A stretch of DNA of 64,000 nt from Candidatus Lustribacter sp. (GCA_965277805.1 OZ255842.1:4896001-4960000); one strand, 5' to 3'. Numbered from the stretch's first letter, positions 1 through 10,780 are shown. Notes: generated by a model not told the origin, from the letters alone. Program-made: numbers and translations.

Positions 1-1
1 A

Positions 2-607
2 CGGCCGGTCGCGCACTTCGGCCAGGTCCAGGTGCGTGCGGCCGGCGAGCGGATCGTTTGCCCCCACCACCAGCTTCGTCGCTTCCATATAGAGCGGCAC
101 GACTTCGAGTTCCGGTTCGGCCGGCGGCGGCGAGATCAACGCGGCGTCGAGCGCGCCCGATAGCAGACTCGATACGAGCGTGTTGGTGGTGCCGCTGCGC
201 AGCAGCACCTTGGTGTCGGGCTCACGTTCCAAGAAGCCGGCGACGATCGATGGCACGATGTCGATACCGAGCGAGAAGTTGTGGCCGAGCGTGAGTTGAA
301 TCTGCCGCCGTCCGGCCGCGACGAGCACGGCATTGATCGCTTCAGTGCGCGCGCGGATGACTTGCGCGGCGTGATCGGCCAAAATGTGACCCGCATGCAA
401 AAGCCGCACGCGCCGCCCTTCGCGCTGCACGAGCGCGATGCCGAAGCGTTTCTCGAGCGCACGAACCGCGCGCTGAATCGACGAGACGCTAAAGCCGAGC
501 GCCTCGGCGGTTTGTCCGAGGTGTTCCGTGCGCGAGAATTCGAGGAAGATCTCCAATTCGTGGAAGCCGACCTGCGCTTCGTCGAACGGGAAGTCGTCCT
601 TAGCCAT
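2..607 (-). CDS. LysR family transcriptional regulator (runs off the left edge; not in ORF track)
   Basis: Manual translation from ATG 607: MAKDDFPFDEAQVGFHELEIFLEFSRTEHLGQTAEALGFSVSSIQRAVRALEKRFGIALVQREGRRVRLL, a LysR HTH followed by a substrate-binding domain; start overlaps the enolase stop. Confidence 0.85.
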   Translation of the reverse strand, partial: MAKDDFPFDEAQVGFHELEIFLEFSRTEHLGQTAEALGFSVSSIQRAVRALEKRFGIALVQREGRRVRLLHAGHILADHAAQVIRARTEAINAVLVAAGRRQIQLTLGHNFSLGIDIVPSIVAGFLEREPDTKVLLRSGTTNTLVSSLLSGALDAALISPPPAEPELEVVPLYMEATKLVVGANDPLAGRTHLDLAEVRDRP

Positions 608-1760
608 ACGGACGGAAGTGTTCGGCGAGCAGTTCGTATCCCAGTCCCGGGGCATTCGAGGGCACCACGCGGCCATTCACCGGAATGGGGACGCCCGGAA
701 CGCGCATCACTTCGTTCAACGGAACGCCGGCGCGCGAGAACATCACCCATTCGGCAAGCGGCGATTCCGGCATCGCGAGCGCGAAGTGCTGCCCGGCCGC
801 CATGCTGCCGCCGCCGTGCACGATCGTTTGGATGCCGGCCGCTTCGCCGAGCGTGTAGATCTTCAGCACTTCGGTGAGCCCGCCGGACCAGCGGATGTCG
901 GGCTGCAGAACGTCGACGCAGCGCTGCTCGATCAACGCTTGAAATTCGTGCCGGCCGCGATGATCTTCCCCGGTGGCCAGCGGCAGCGTGGGAACGGCGC
1001 GCTTGAGTTCGGCCAGGCCGTTGACGTTCCACGGCATCAGCGGTTCTTCGAACCAGCGCAGGTTATACGGCAACAGCCGCTCCATTACGCGCGCAGCATA
1101 TTCAACGTTGAACGACATCACCGGATTGATCATCAAGTCGGCATCGGCGCCGACCTTTGCGCGCGCGCGCGCAACCTCTTCTTCGAGCCGGTTGATCCCC
1201 TCGGTGCCGTCGACGTACGAAGCGGAGTTCGGAATTTTGAACTTGGTGAAGCCGAGTTCCATCGCCCAATCGAGGTCGCCGGTGGTCACGTAATACTCGA
1301 GCGCATCGCGGCACGGTCCGCCGATCAGCGAATACACCGGCACGCCCAGCAACTTGCCCTTGAGATCCCAGAGTGCAACATCGATCGCGCTGCGCGCGAG
1401 GCTCGTGATTCCGGTGGAACCGAAGCGCTGCGAGGCGCGCCACATCAAATCGTTGAGAAACTCGATCGCAAAGCAGTCGCGCCCGACCAGCAGCGGCGCA
1501 AACGCACCGGCCACGACCGGGCCGGCGAAATCACCCCAATGCGTGTGGCCGAGACCGAAGGTGCCGTCTTCGGCGACGACGCGTACCCACATCTCGCCCG
1601 ACACGTCCCCCGGATGCCGTCCGCGCGTGCGCGTGAACTCGGGATAGACGTGAATCGGCAACGGCACCGCTTCGCCGCCCACCGAGCCCGGACGCGGTGG
1701 CGTGGGCGACGCGAGCGGGGGAAGAGTGAGCGCGAGAAGATCGACCGAGGTGATCTTCAT
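600..1760 (-). CDS. Mandelate racemase/muconate lactonizing enzyme family, L-rhamnonate dehydratase-like
   Basis: SAIDVALWDLKGK, KFK, WFEEP, GEDH, QPD and HGGG motifs. Confidence 0.85.
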   Translation of the reverse strand: MKITSVDLLALTLPPLASPTPPRPGSVGGEAVPLPIHVYPEFTRTRGRHPGDVSGEMWVRVVAEDGTFGLGHTHWGDFAGPVVAGAFAPLLVGRDCFAIEFLNDLMWRASQRFGSTGITSLARSAIDVALWDLKGKLLGVPVYSLIGGPCRDALEYYVTTGDLDWAMELGFTKFKIPNSASYVDGTEGINRLEEEVARARAKVGADADLMINPVMSFNVEYAARVMERLLPYNLRWFEEPLMPWNVNGLAELKRAVPTLPLATGEDHRGRHEFQALIEQRCVDVLQPDIRWSGGLTEVLKIYTLGEAAGIQTIVHGGGSMAAGQHFALAMPESPLAEWVMFSRAGVPLNEVMRVPGVPIPVNGRVVPSNAPGLGYELLAEHFRPYG

Positions 1761-1775
1761 ACGCCGCGCAGGAGC

Positions 1776-2771
1776 TTAGCCGACTTTCGCACCTTCACGG
1801 TAATACCACAAATAGGCCTCGGCACGCGAGTAAAACGCGGGATCGACCGCTCGCGGCGTATTGGGCCGCAGCCACAAACGCAGGAGCTTGCGCTTGATGT
1901 CGGCCGAGTTCTCGAACTCGGTGCGGGCGTGAACGTTGGTGAAATTCTGCCAGAACATGATCTCGCCCGGCTCGAGTTGGAAGCGCAGGGCAAAGCCCGG
2001 CTCGGCGATGATCGCATCGAACAGCGCGATTCCTTCAGCGAGCTTCGGCGGCAGCGGCTCGTTGCGCAGCTTGGCGGCGCGGGTCATGAACAGCGCCGCA
2101 TACGTGCAGCTCACGAGGCCGTCGCGAAAGCAGAAGACCGGCGTCTTCACGTCCGTTACCGGGCGCGAGGAGTGCTGCAGCTCCGGGGCCGCGAGATAGT
2201 AGCCTTCGTAGAGCGCTTCGAGCAGATCGGGGCGCCGGCGCGCGATCTCGTTGTGCACTGCGACGGTACTGGCCATTAAGCTCAGACCGCCGGAGGCCGC
2301 TTTCTGCAAACACATCAGGCCGACGAATTCGTGGGTGTCGCAATGATAGCGCAGCTCATCTGTGCTGCGGTAGGCGCGCGCATACGGATCGTTCTCCGCG
2401 GCCTCGACGTAGCCCATCATATCGCCGTAGATGCTCTGCACCACCGCCGTGCCGAGGTGTGTGCCGAGTCCCCAGTAGATGCGTTCGAGCTCTTCATTCG
2501 TATAGCGGTCGCGATCGATGCCGGCGAGCAGAATGAGGCCGCGGCCGTTCATCACGACATCGTAGACGTGCGCCATTGCCTTGTCGAGAAGGGGATGATC
2601 GAACTCGGGCTTGCGGACCTCGTGCAGGCCGCGCGCACGCGTCCTCTGGAGGCACTCGTCGATCGCTTCGAGTTCGGCCGGCGTCAAGTGATAGGTCAGC
2701 GATGCTTTGCTGACGGTGGCGGCCGTCCACGCGCTTGGGTGGTCGATGATCTCGTGGCAAATGGCGGTCAT
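1776..2771 (-). CDS. TauD/TfdA family Fe(II)/2-oxoglutarate dioxygenase
   Basis: HxD (YHCD), GGLS, late HAR and RxLLRLWL motifs; start taken at MTAICHE. Confidence 0.85.
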   Translation of the reverse strand: MTAICHEIIDHPSAWTAATVSKASLTYHLTPAELEAIDECLQRTRARGLHEVRKPEFDHPLLDKAMAHVYDVVMNGRGLILLAGIDRDRYTNEELERIYWGLGTHLGTAVVQSIYGDMMGYVEAAENDPYARAYRSTDELRYHCDTHEFVGLMCLQKAASGGLSLMASTVAVHNEIARRRPDLLEALYEGYYLAAPELQHSSRPVTDVKTPVFCFRDGLVSCTYAALFMTRAAKLRNEPLPPKLAEGIALFDAIIAEPGFALRFQLEPGEIMFWQNFTNVHARTEFENSADIKRKLLRLWLRPNTPRAVDPAFYSRAEAYLWYYREGAKVG

Positions 2772-2822
2772 GGTCAAGGCGAAGAATACCACCGCCCGGC
2801 CGGCCGAAGAAAGTGCAAATCC

Positions 2823-4163
2823 TCACCCGTCCCTTCCGCGCCACGCAACGATCGCGTATGCGACGGCGAAGCTGACGAAGTAGCTCAGGTCGCCGAACTG
2901 CGGGTGCGCCGCGGCGAAGGGGCCCGTGAACCAGGTCTGCTGCCAAAACGGCACGCCCGCTGCGATCCCGGCGACCCACGCGATCAGCGCGACCCGGCCA
3001 TACGGCTTGGTCGTGGGCTCGCGTGAGGCGATCATGATCGCGGCCCACGGCGCGGCCCACATGCTCAAGAGGCCGAGGAAATTGCCGTAAACGCGCGCGG
3101 TCGTATCGGCGTCGGAACCGACGATTGCGAGTGCGCCGCCGACGAGTCCGATCGCGAGCGCCGCCTGCCAGCGCTCGAGCCGCAGCGGAAAGCGGCTTCC
3201 TTCGAACGTGACCAGCAAACTCAACGCGCCGGAGTAGAGGTTCATGACGTTGCCGTTCATCGTGCCGATGAGCACCGTGAGCAATCCGGCGATCGCGAGC
3301 CAGCCGTTGGTGCCGGCCAGCAGGCCGACTGTTTCGGCCGGCGTCGCGCTGATGATGTTCGGTCCGCGGACCGCGGTTGCCGCTGCCGCACCGAGGATCT
3401 CGAGGCTGAGCGACGCGGTGAACCCGCCCGCGAACGCCCACCAGCCGACCGCACGCGCCGACACGTTCGCCGGAAGATAGCGCGCGTAATCCGCGGCGCA
3501 CGGCGCCCAGCCGATTGAGTATGCGAACGCGAGCGCGGCGGAGAAAGCGATGCCGCCCATTTCACCTCCGGCCGCAAACGGCGCGCGAGCGTCGAAGGGC
3601 GCGCCGAGGTTCGCATGCGCGAGCACGACGACGGCGATCGTCGAAAACCCGAGCAGCATGGCGACAGCCGAGAAGCGCTCGAACACGTGGATCATGTTGT
3701 AGCCGTAGACGGCGATCACGATCGACGCGACGAGCGTGAGCGCGAGCGCTACCAAATACGGAACGTGCAGCAGCGCGCCGACGGCTTGCGCGCCGAAGAT
3801 GCAATCGACGGAGAACCAGCCGACGCCCGCGAGAAAGCCGAGAAAGGCCGGATAAACGTTTCCCGCGCGCCCGAACCAGCGCCGCGAGATCATCATTTGC
3901 GGCAAACCGAAACGTGGTCCGGCAATGCCGACGAGCGACACCACGGTGTACCCGAGCAGGCTGCCGATGACGAGCCCGGCGATCGCGCCCGCGAGTGACG
4001 TGCCGTACAGCGCAACCGCGAGAATGCCGACGGCAAAGTTCGCGGTCTCCGAATTCGCCCCGAACCACAGGCCGAAGAGGTCGCGGGGTGAGCCGTGCCG
4101 TTCGCTTTCGTCGATTGCGTCGAGCCCGTGCGGCTCGACAACCGCGACGTTAGCTCCGTACAC
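2823..4163 (-). CDS. Purine-cytosine permease (NCS1 family)
   Basis: EPHGLDAIDESERHG, GPRFGLPQM, ADYARYLP and NLYSGAL motifs, about 12 hydrophobic segments; GTG start inferred, overlapping the pncA end. Confidence 0.85.
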   Translation of the reverse strand: MYGANVAVVEPHGLDAIDESERHGSPRDLFGLWFGANSETANFAVGILAVALYGTSLAGAIAGLVIGSLLGYTVVSLVGIAGPRFGLPQMMISRRWFGRAGNVYPAFLGFLAGVGWFSVDCIFGAQAVGALLHVPYLVALALTLVASIVIAVYGYNMIHVFERFSAVAMLLGFSTIAVVVLAHANLGAPFDARAPFAAGGEMGGIAFSAALAFAYSIGWAPCAADYARYLPANVSARAVGWWAFAGGFTASLSLEILGAAAATAVRGPNIISATPAETVGLLAGTNGWLAIAGLLTVLIGTMNGNVMNLYSGALSLLVTFEGSRFPLRLERWQAALAIGLVGGALAIVGSDADTTARVYGNFLGLLSMWAAPWAAIMIASREPTTKPYGRVALIAWVAGIAAGVPFWQQTWFTGPFAAAHPQFGDLSYFVSFAVAYAIVAWRGRDG

Positions 4164-4740
4164 GCGCGTTGCCGGTGATATCCTCGCTTCGCACGACGTC
4201 GATGCCCGCCGCGCGCAGATCTTCGAGTGCCCTCTTCTCATCGTCCGGCTGCACGTTGACGGCTGCCGACGCATCCTCGATCACAACCGTCGCAAAGCCG
4301 GCGGCGTTCGCGTCGAACGCCGTCGCCTTGACGCAGTAGTCGGTGGCGAGCCCGCACACGAACACGCGCTTGATGCCGTGCATGCGCAGATCGCTCGCGA
4401 GCGACGTTGCGGCGAACCCGCTATAGCCGTCGGTGTCGCGATCGACGCCCTTGTCGATCACGGTGTCGATCTTCTTGCGATCGAGCCGCGGGTCGAAGGC
4501 TGCACCGCGCGTGCCGGCCACGCAGTGCACCGGCCACGGCCCGCCGTGCTGTTTGTACGAGGAGTGGTCGAGCGGGTGCCAATCGCGCGTCGCGTAGACG
4601 CGCCGGAAGCGCGGCGCGAGCGCGTCGATCGGTTCGAAGATGCGTTCGCCCTCGGCCACCGCCAGCGCCCCGCCGGGCAAGAAGTCGTGCTGTACGTCGA
4701 CGACGATCAGCGCGTCGTCCGGCCCGACCGTGACGCTCAC
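4150..4740 (-). CDS. pncA: Nicotinamidase/pyrazinamidase
   Basis: VDVQHDF, TRDWHP, WPVHCV, IDKG and GLATDYCV catalytic motifs. Confidence 0.9.
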   Translation of the reverse strand: MSVTVGPDDALIVVDVQHDFLPGGALAVAEGERIFEPIDALAPRFRRVYATRDWHPLDHSSYKQHGGPWPVHCVAGTRGAAFDPRLDRKKIDTVIDKGVDRDTDGYSGFAATSLASDLRMHGIKRVFVCGLATDYCVKATAFDANAAGFATVVIEDASAAVNVQPDDEKRALEDLRAAGIDVVRSEDITGNARVRS

Positions 4741-7238
4741 GCGACGACGATGTTCAGCAGCTTGTCGGGCACGAAGATGCGCTTGCGCACCGTCTTCCCG
4801 CCGGTGTGGGCTTGCACGCCGCTCTCCGCCTGCGCCAGCGCGAAGACCGCGTCTTCCGTGACGCCGGGCGCCGCTTGCACGCGGCCGCGCACCTTGCCGT
4901 TCACCTGAATGACGACCGTGATCTCATCGACCGCGAGCGCCGCCGGATCCGCTTCGAGATAGCGTTCGACGTGCACCGACGACGAGTGCCCCATGCGCGT
5001 CCACAACTCGTCGGCGATGTGCGGCGCAAACGGCGCGAGCGCAATCGGCAGCGCGTGGATCGCGTAGAGCACGGCGGGGTCGTTCTCGAGCGCCGGATCG
5101 CGCACGGCGGCGGTGAGCAGGTTGACCAGCTCGTCGAGCCGCGCAGTCGTGACGTTGTAGTGAAAGCGGCGCGTCGAGGTTTCGTCGTGGGCCGACTTCA
5201 GCGCGAGGTGCAGCGCGCGCACGAGCGCCCGCTGCGCATCCCCGGCACACGCCGGCAGCTGATCGAGCGGCGCGCGGCCGGCTTCGGTTGCCGGCGGTTC
5301 GCACGCGCGCCACACGCGCTGAATGAATCGCACGCGGCCGACGATGCCCTCATCGGTCCATTCCAGCGCATCTTCGGGCGGCGCGGCCTTGAGCAAGAAT
5401 AAGCGCATCGCATCGACGCCGTAGGATTCGACCGTTTCGTCGATCCCGACGACGTTGCCGCGGCTCTTCGACATCTTCTCCCCGTTGCGCAGCAGCGTGC
5501 CCTGATTGAAGAGCCGCGTGAACGGCTCGTCATCGCCGCTCACGTAACCCGCATCGATCATGAAGTAGTAGAAGAAGCGCGCGTAGAGCAAGTGCATCAC
5601 GGCATGCTCCGCGCCGCCGATGTACTGGTCGACCGGCATCCATGCCGAGGCCTTGGCTTTATCGAACGGCGCCGTGTCGTTCGTGGGATCGAGGTAGCGC
5701 ACGTAGTACCACGAGGAGTCGACGAACGTGTCCATCGTATCGGGGTCGCGTTTGGCCGGTCCGTTGCACTTGGGACACGTAGCGTTGATGAATGCCGGAT
5801 CGTTCGCGAGCGGCGAACCCTGACCGGTGAACGCGACGCCGCGCGGCAAGACAACCGGCAACTGGTCGTCCGGTACCGGCACCATGCCGTCGCGTTCGCA
5901 GTAGAGCATCGGGATCGGCGTGCCCCAATAGCGTTGACGCGAGATCAGCCAGTCGCGGAAGCGGAAGTTGACCGTCGTCGTTCCGCGACCGCGCACGGTG
6001 AGTTCTTGCGCGATGGCGATGCGCGCTTCGGCTGACGCGACGCCGTCGAACTGCGCGCTGTTCACGAGAACGCCGTCATCGCAATAGGCTTCGGTGAGTT
6101 CGCCCTCGACGAACTCGCCCGTGCCTTCGCCCGGCACGATGACCTGCCGAATTTCCAGGCTGAACTTCTTCGCGAAATCGAAGTCACGATCGTCGTGCGC
6201 CGGCACGCCCATCACGGCGCCGGTGCCGTATTCAGCCAGCACGTAGTTCGTCACCCAGATCGGCACGCGCGCGCCCGAGAGCGGGTTGATCGCAAATGCA
6301 CCGGTCGGCACGCCGGTTTTTTCCATCAGCTGCGTGCGTTCGAGTTCCGACTTCGAGGCGAGCGATGCCGCAAACGCTTCGACGTTGGCTTTTTCCGCCG
6401 GCAACGCGGCGAGGATCTTGGCGACGATCGGATGCTCGGGTGCGATCGCCATGAACGTCACGCCGAACACGGTGTCGACGCGCGTGGTGAAGACGTCGAT
6501 GCGCGCGTCGACGTTCTCGATGTCGAACGAGAACGTGACGCCTTCGCTGCGGCCGATCCAGTTGCGCTGCATCGTCTTGATGCGTTCGGGCCAGCCCGCG
6601 AGCCGGTCGATGCCGGCGAGCAAACGATCAGCGTAATCGGTGATCTTGAAGTTCCACTGCGAGAGGTTGCGGCGCTCGACCAGATGTCCGCAGCGCCAGC
6701 ACTTTCCGTCGTGGACCTGTTCGTTCGCCAGCACCGTCTGATCGTGCGGACACCAGTTGACCGGGGTTTCACGCTTGTAGGCGAGTCCGCGCTCGTACAT
6801 GCGCAAGAAGAACCACTGGTTCCATTTATAGTAGGCCGGATCGCAGGTGGCGAACTCGCGGCGCCAGTCGTAGCTCGTGCCCATCAGCTTGATCTGCCGG
6901 CGCATGTTGTCGATGTTGGAACGCGTCCAGGTCTCGGGCTCGATCCCGCGCTGGATCGCTGCGTTCTCAGCCGGCAGGCCGAACGCGTCCCAGCCCATCG
7001 GGTGCACGACGTTATTGCCGCGCATGCGCATCATGCGCGCGACCGCATCGCCGAGCGTGTAGTTCTTGGCGTGGCCGACGTGCAGATCGCCCGACGGATA
7101 CGGGAGCATCTCCAGGACGTAGTACTTCGGACGCGGGTCGGCGTCGTCGGCCTGATAGATTCCATCGGCTTCCCAGCGGGCTTGCCAGGCCGGTTCGACC
7201 GTACGGTGGTCGTACGTCAGCGGCCGTTCTTCGAGCAT
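4737..7238 (-). CDS. leuS: Leucine--tRNA ligase
   Basis: PYPSGDLHVGH (HIGH), KMSKS, GWDAFGLPAENAA, WLISRQRYWG; start at MLEERPL. Confidence 0.98.
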   Translation of the reverse strand: MLEERPLTYDHRTVEPAWQARWEADGIYQADDADPRPKYYVLEMLPYPSGDLHVGHAKNYTLGDAVARMMRMRGNNVVHPMGWDAFGLPAENAAIQRGIEPETWTRSNIDNMRRQIKLMGTSYDWRREFATCDPAYYKWNQWFFLRMYERGLAYKRETPVNWCPHDQTVLANEQVHDGKCWRCGHLVERRNLSQWNFKITDYADRLLAGIDRLAGWPERIKTMQRNWIGRSEGVTFSFDIENVDARIDVFTTRVDTVFGVTFMAIAPEHPIVAKILAALPAEKANVEAFAASLASKSELERTQLMEKTGVPTGAFAINPLSGARVPIWVTNYVLAEYGTGAVMGVPAHDDRDFDFAKKFSLEIRQVIVPGEGTGEFVEGELTEAYCDDGVLVNSAQFDGVASAEARIAIAQELTVRGRGTTTVNFRFRDWLISRQRYWGTPIPMLYCERDGMVPVPDDQLPVVLPRGVAFTGQGSPLANDPAFINATCPKCNGPAKRDPDTMDTFVDSSWYYVRYLDPTNDTAPFDKAKASAWMPVDQYIGGAEHAVMHLLYARFFYYFMIDAGYVSGDDEPFTRLFNQGTLLRNGEKMSKSRGNVVGIDETVESYGVDAMRLFLLKAAPPEDALEWTDEGIVGRVRFIQRVWRACEPPATEAGRAPLDQLPACAGDAQRALVRALHLALKSAHDETSTRRFHYNVTTARLDELVNLLTAAVRDPALENDPAVLYAIHALPIALAPFAPHIADELWTRMGHSSSVHVERYLEADPAALAVDEITVVIQVNGKVRGRVQAAPGVTEDAVFALAQAESGVQAHTGGKTVRKRIFVPDKLLNIVVA

Positions 7239-7461
7239 TTCCTCATCATAGCAAGCCCCGGACCCAAGTGCCACCGCCCGTAGCCCAGCCGTACCGCCAA
7301 AGCAGTGTGCGTTTGCTCACTCGGACTATTTAGAGGATAAGCGTTCGGTTGCGTGTGACTTATGTCGGCTTTCCCTTGCTCTGCCCGGGGGAGCTACGGT
7401 CTCCTTAACTATAGGGCGGCGCTTTTTGCGTCCCCGCACGCTCATTTGGAGCAGCAACTCG

Positions 7462-8295
7462 ATGAAGAATCTTGGATTCGCGGCCGTCGCAATAGCGGCG
7501 CTAGCGATCGCCGGATGCGGTGGGGGCGGGTCGTCGACCCCGGCCACCCCGACTCCGGCCCCGACAGCAGCCCCGACCGCCGGCGCACTCGCCGTCGCTT
7601 ACTCGAGCGCGGCCACGGTCGGCGTCTCGGGCGCTGCGCCCGCGGCCTTGGCCTTTACCGCACCGACCGAGACCGTCACCCTGACGGCAACGCAGTCGGG
7701 CAATACCACCGGATACGGTGCCACATCGAGTTGCGCTCAGGTGACCGTTACACCGGCCACCTCGACGACCGGCGTCTTCACCGCGACCGCGGTTGCCCCG
7801 GCAGCCGCCGGCTGCACGATCACCGTCACCGGTGCCACCGGCACTGCGTCGGTCGCCATCGCGTCGACCGTGCCTACGCCGACCGGCGTCGCGCTACGCT
7901 GGTATCTGCCGAATTACCAGACGCAATCGCCGCCGGTTCCGCAATCGGCCGGCCCGATCAACCTGGTCGGTCTCACGTCGCTGTTTGCAACGCAGCTGGC
8001 GATCAGCGAAAACGCCTACGTCGGCGGCTTCCCGGCCTCGAAGGTCGTGGTCTCAGCCGGCTGCACGGGATTCGCCACGGTCGTTGCTGACGCTACGCCG
8101 CCGCCGGGCTTGCCGACCGCGGCTCCGGGCTCTTCTCTCGTCTACTACACCGTCACGGGTACGGCCGCGGTTCTGACGACCGGCGGATGCACCGTCACGG
8201 CGACCGACTCTTACGTGCCGGTTGCGCCGGCGACGCCAAACCCGTCGGCATCGATCGGCGTGGAAATTACGACCGTCACGGGGGTATGGCAATAA
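7462..8295 (+). CDS. Thr/Ala/Pro-rich lipoprotein of unknown function
   Basis: Signal peptide with lipobox IAGC followed by GGGG; beta-rich TVT repeats and Cys pairs; host codon usage. Confidence 0.8.
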   Translation: MKNLGFAAVAIAALAIAGCGGGGSSTPATPTPAPTAAPTAGALAVAYSSAATVGVSGAAPAALAFTAPTETVTLTATQSGNTTGYGATSSCAQVTVTPATSTTGVFTATAVAPAAAGCTITVTGATGTASVAIASTVPTPTGVALRWYLPNYQTQSPPVPQSAGPINLVGLTSLFATQLAISENAYVGGFPASKVVVSAGCTGFATVVADATPPPGLPTAAPGSSLVYYTVTGTAAVLTTGGCTVTATDSYVPVAPATPNPSASIGVEITTVTGVWQ

Positions 8296-10748
8296 TGTAC
8301 CGTCTAACGACCCTTCGCGCGGCGGCGGCAGCTGCCGTCCTCGGTGCCATGGCCCTCGCCGGTTGCGGCGGAGGCGGCTCCCAAAGCATGTTGCCGGGCG
8401 CCGCGGGCGCAGCAACCGCTCCCGGCTCGAACACGCCGACTCTCGTTACTCAAAACGGGAAGACGGTGCAAGCCGCGACGCTTTCCGTCACGCTTCCGAA
8501 TCAAGTGGGCGCCCAAGCGCAATCGACGAAGCGCGCGATTTTCTCTTCCGCAAAGAAGCCGGCATTTATCGATACGACGACGCCGAATTCTTCGATCGTC
8601 GTTTCCGTGTCACCGCAAAATGCGGCCGAAGCTGCGCAGTACGGTAATCTGACCGTCTGCTACAACCTCTACGTGAACGGCACGCTCGTGCCGAGCAATC
8701 CGCCGAATTACCAGGTTACGGCGGTCGGTAACACGGTCTCACAAGTGAACGTCGCGATTCCGGCTCCGCCCGGCACCGACGGCTTCCAAATCACCCAATA
8801 CAGCGGCCTTTGCGGCAGCACGCCGTACACGATTCCGACGCCGCCGCCGGGCAACATCGGCACGAGCAACATTCTTGCTCAAACACCGGTAACGTACGCC
8901 GACATCGAGCCCGGCCAAACGAACGTGCTGAACAACCAAATCGCCGCGTGCGCCGGCATCGGCAGCGCGACGACGCCGTGCCCGGTCGGACTCGCGGGAA
9001 CGCCCGTCCCGCCGGCCGGTACGTTTGCCGCATCCGTTTCTGTTGCGAGCGTAGCGTTCGGCACATTGCCGATACCGAATCCGGTGAGAGAACAGGGTAA
9101 GTTCATAAGTCTCAACGGGCAAATCGGCGTGCCGATTCCGCTCGAAGCGAAGGATGCCGCTGGTGCGATCATTCCGGGACTCACGACCGTTGCGGCTCCG
9201 CTCGGCGGAGCCGGTTTCTTCCCGACCGGCGTGACCGTTACCGACGGCGACACGAGCGGTCACACGAGCCTCTATCTCGTCGACGCAACGACCGGCGCGA
9301 TCGCGCAAGGACCCGGTACGAGCGTTACGATCCACGAGTTCAATGTCTTGAACTCGAACACGGTCAGCGGCTTCACCAGCGTCTGCGGCACGGGAGCTCA
9401 GTCATGCAGTGACACGCTCGTCGGCGGCATCCAGGGCGATCCGTGGGTGATCGTGCTGACGTCCGACGGCACGTCGACCGCAACGTCGCCGGCCAGCGTC
9501 ACGGTCACCGCCTCGGCGACGGTCGCGAATGCTGCCTTGCCGACGCCGATTACCACCACCGTCACCCCGCAGGCGGCGGTCTATTCCGCCGGCGGTACGG
9601 GCTACGCCGACCTCGCAAATCCGACGGCTCCGGCCGGTTTGATTGCGGTTGGCGCGTCGAACTACTTCACCGACGGGAACTCGGTGAAGATCGATGGTGT
9701 CGCTCCCGGCGTTGCAACGACTGCCACGGCGCTTGGCGGACTGACGTCGGCAACGTGGCCGAACGCAACGTCGTTCATCTACGCCGTCGACAGCGCACAA
9801 GCCGGCGCGGCGACGACGACCGAACAAGGCTCCGGTTTGTTCGCCTACAACGCCGCGCTGACGACGGAAGTCCCGGTGTCCGCTGCGGCCGGTGCGAACA
9901 ACTACATCACGTTCCAGAATCCCGTCGGCGTCGTGCAAGGACTCGGCGCCGGTGCTGGGGCGGGACATCCGTATCTCTACGTCATCAACCAAGCCGGCGG
10001 CATCTATCGCGTCGACATTAGCGGCGCGAGTGAACTCGCGCCAGTCGGAGGCTTCCAAGAGGCCACCAACGTGCTGCCGCTGCTCTCGCAAAGCGGTACT
10101 CCACTGAACCCGGGAACCGCAAAGGTTCTTGGGACGGCAACGCTGACCGGCGGACAATTCCTGATCGGTGATCCCGGCAACAACCGCATTGCCATGGTCG
10201 ATGCGACTGCCAGCAATACCGCGACGATCACGACGTGGGCGACGTGCCCGGGGTGCACCGGTCTCTTCATCTCCGGTACGTCGGCGTATGCTACGTCGAC
10301 GTCGGGTCAGATCTACTACATCTCAGCTCAGGGTGCGACTGCGGTCTCGCTCGGATTTTCGCTGGGTCCTGCAGTCGACGGCCCGCTCGGACAGATCGCC
10401 TCGTTCACGCCGACGGCAACGCCGACGTTGACGCCGGTGAATTATCTGCTCCAGTTCCAAGCGAAGAGCTTCTTCGACACCGCCAACAACACGACGGGCA
10501 TCGCTACACCATACACACTCGCGCCGTTCAACGGCACGAAAGTGTTCGCAGCGCCGCCGGCTGCCGGTGTTGGACTCATCGTCGACACCAGTGCGGGTGG
10601 AACGACCGGTGCCGGCGTCATCAAGGCGACCGGCGGCATCATCGTGGTGCCGAACACGGCAACTGGGAGTGCGGTCGTTACTCCCGACAGCATCCTGTTC
10701 GTCGACTCCGCGGGAACGGGCGGCAAGCTCCGCACGATCGCGCGGTAA
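8295..10748 (+). CDS. Large (~817 aa) surface lipoprotein, probably beta-rich with a C-terminal propeller-like region
   Basis: Lipobox LAGC-GGGG; TAATG coupling to the upstream gene; NHL-like motifs (YFTDG, FLIGDPGNNRI). Confidence 0.8.
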   Translation: MYRLTTLRAAAAAAVLGAMALAGCGGGGSQSMLPGAAGAATAPGSNTPTLVTQNGKTVQAATLSVTLPNQVGAQAQSTKRAIFSSAKKPAFIDTTTPNSSIVVSVSPQNAAEAAQYGNLTVCYNLYVNGTLVPSNPPNYQVTAVGNTVSQVNVAIPAPPGTDGFQITQYSGLCGSTPYTIPTPPPGNIGTSNILAQTPVTYADIEPGQTNVLNNQIAACAGIGSATTPCPVGLAGTPVPPAGTFAASVSVASVAFGTLPIPNPVREQGKFISLNGQIGVPIPLEAKDAAGAIIPGLTTVAAPLGGAGFFPTGVTVTDGDTSGHTSLYLVDATTGAIAQGPGTSVTIHEFNVLNSNTVSGFTSVCGTGAQSCSDTLVGGIQGDPWVIVLTSDGTSTATSPASVTVTASATVANAALPTPITTTVTPQAAVYSAGGTGYADLANPTAPAGLIAVGASNYFTDGNSVKIDGVAPGVATTATALGGLTSATWPNATSFIYAVDSAQAGAATTTEQGSGLFAYNAALTTEVPVSAAAGANNYITFQNPVGVVQGLGAGAGAGHPYLYVINQAGGIYRVDISGASELAPVGGFQEATNVLPLLSQSGTPLNPGTAKVLGTATLTGGQFLIGDPGNNRIAMVDATASNTATITTWATCPGCTGLFISGTSAYATSTSGQIYYISAQGATAVSLGFSLGPAVDGPLGQIASFTPTATPTLTPVNYLLQFQAKSFFDTANNTTGIATPYTLAPFNGTKVFAAPPAAGVGLIVDTSAGGTTGAGVIKATGGIIVVPNTATGSAVVTPDSILFVDSAGTGGKLRTIAR

Positions 10749-10780
10749 TCCTCACGCCGGCAACACCGGCGGATCACCCC

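Noticed and set aside
7354..7370. CRP/FNR-like half site TGTGA upstream of the lipoprotein operon
   Set aside because: The second half-site (TCGGC) is too poor to support a call
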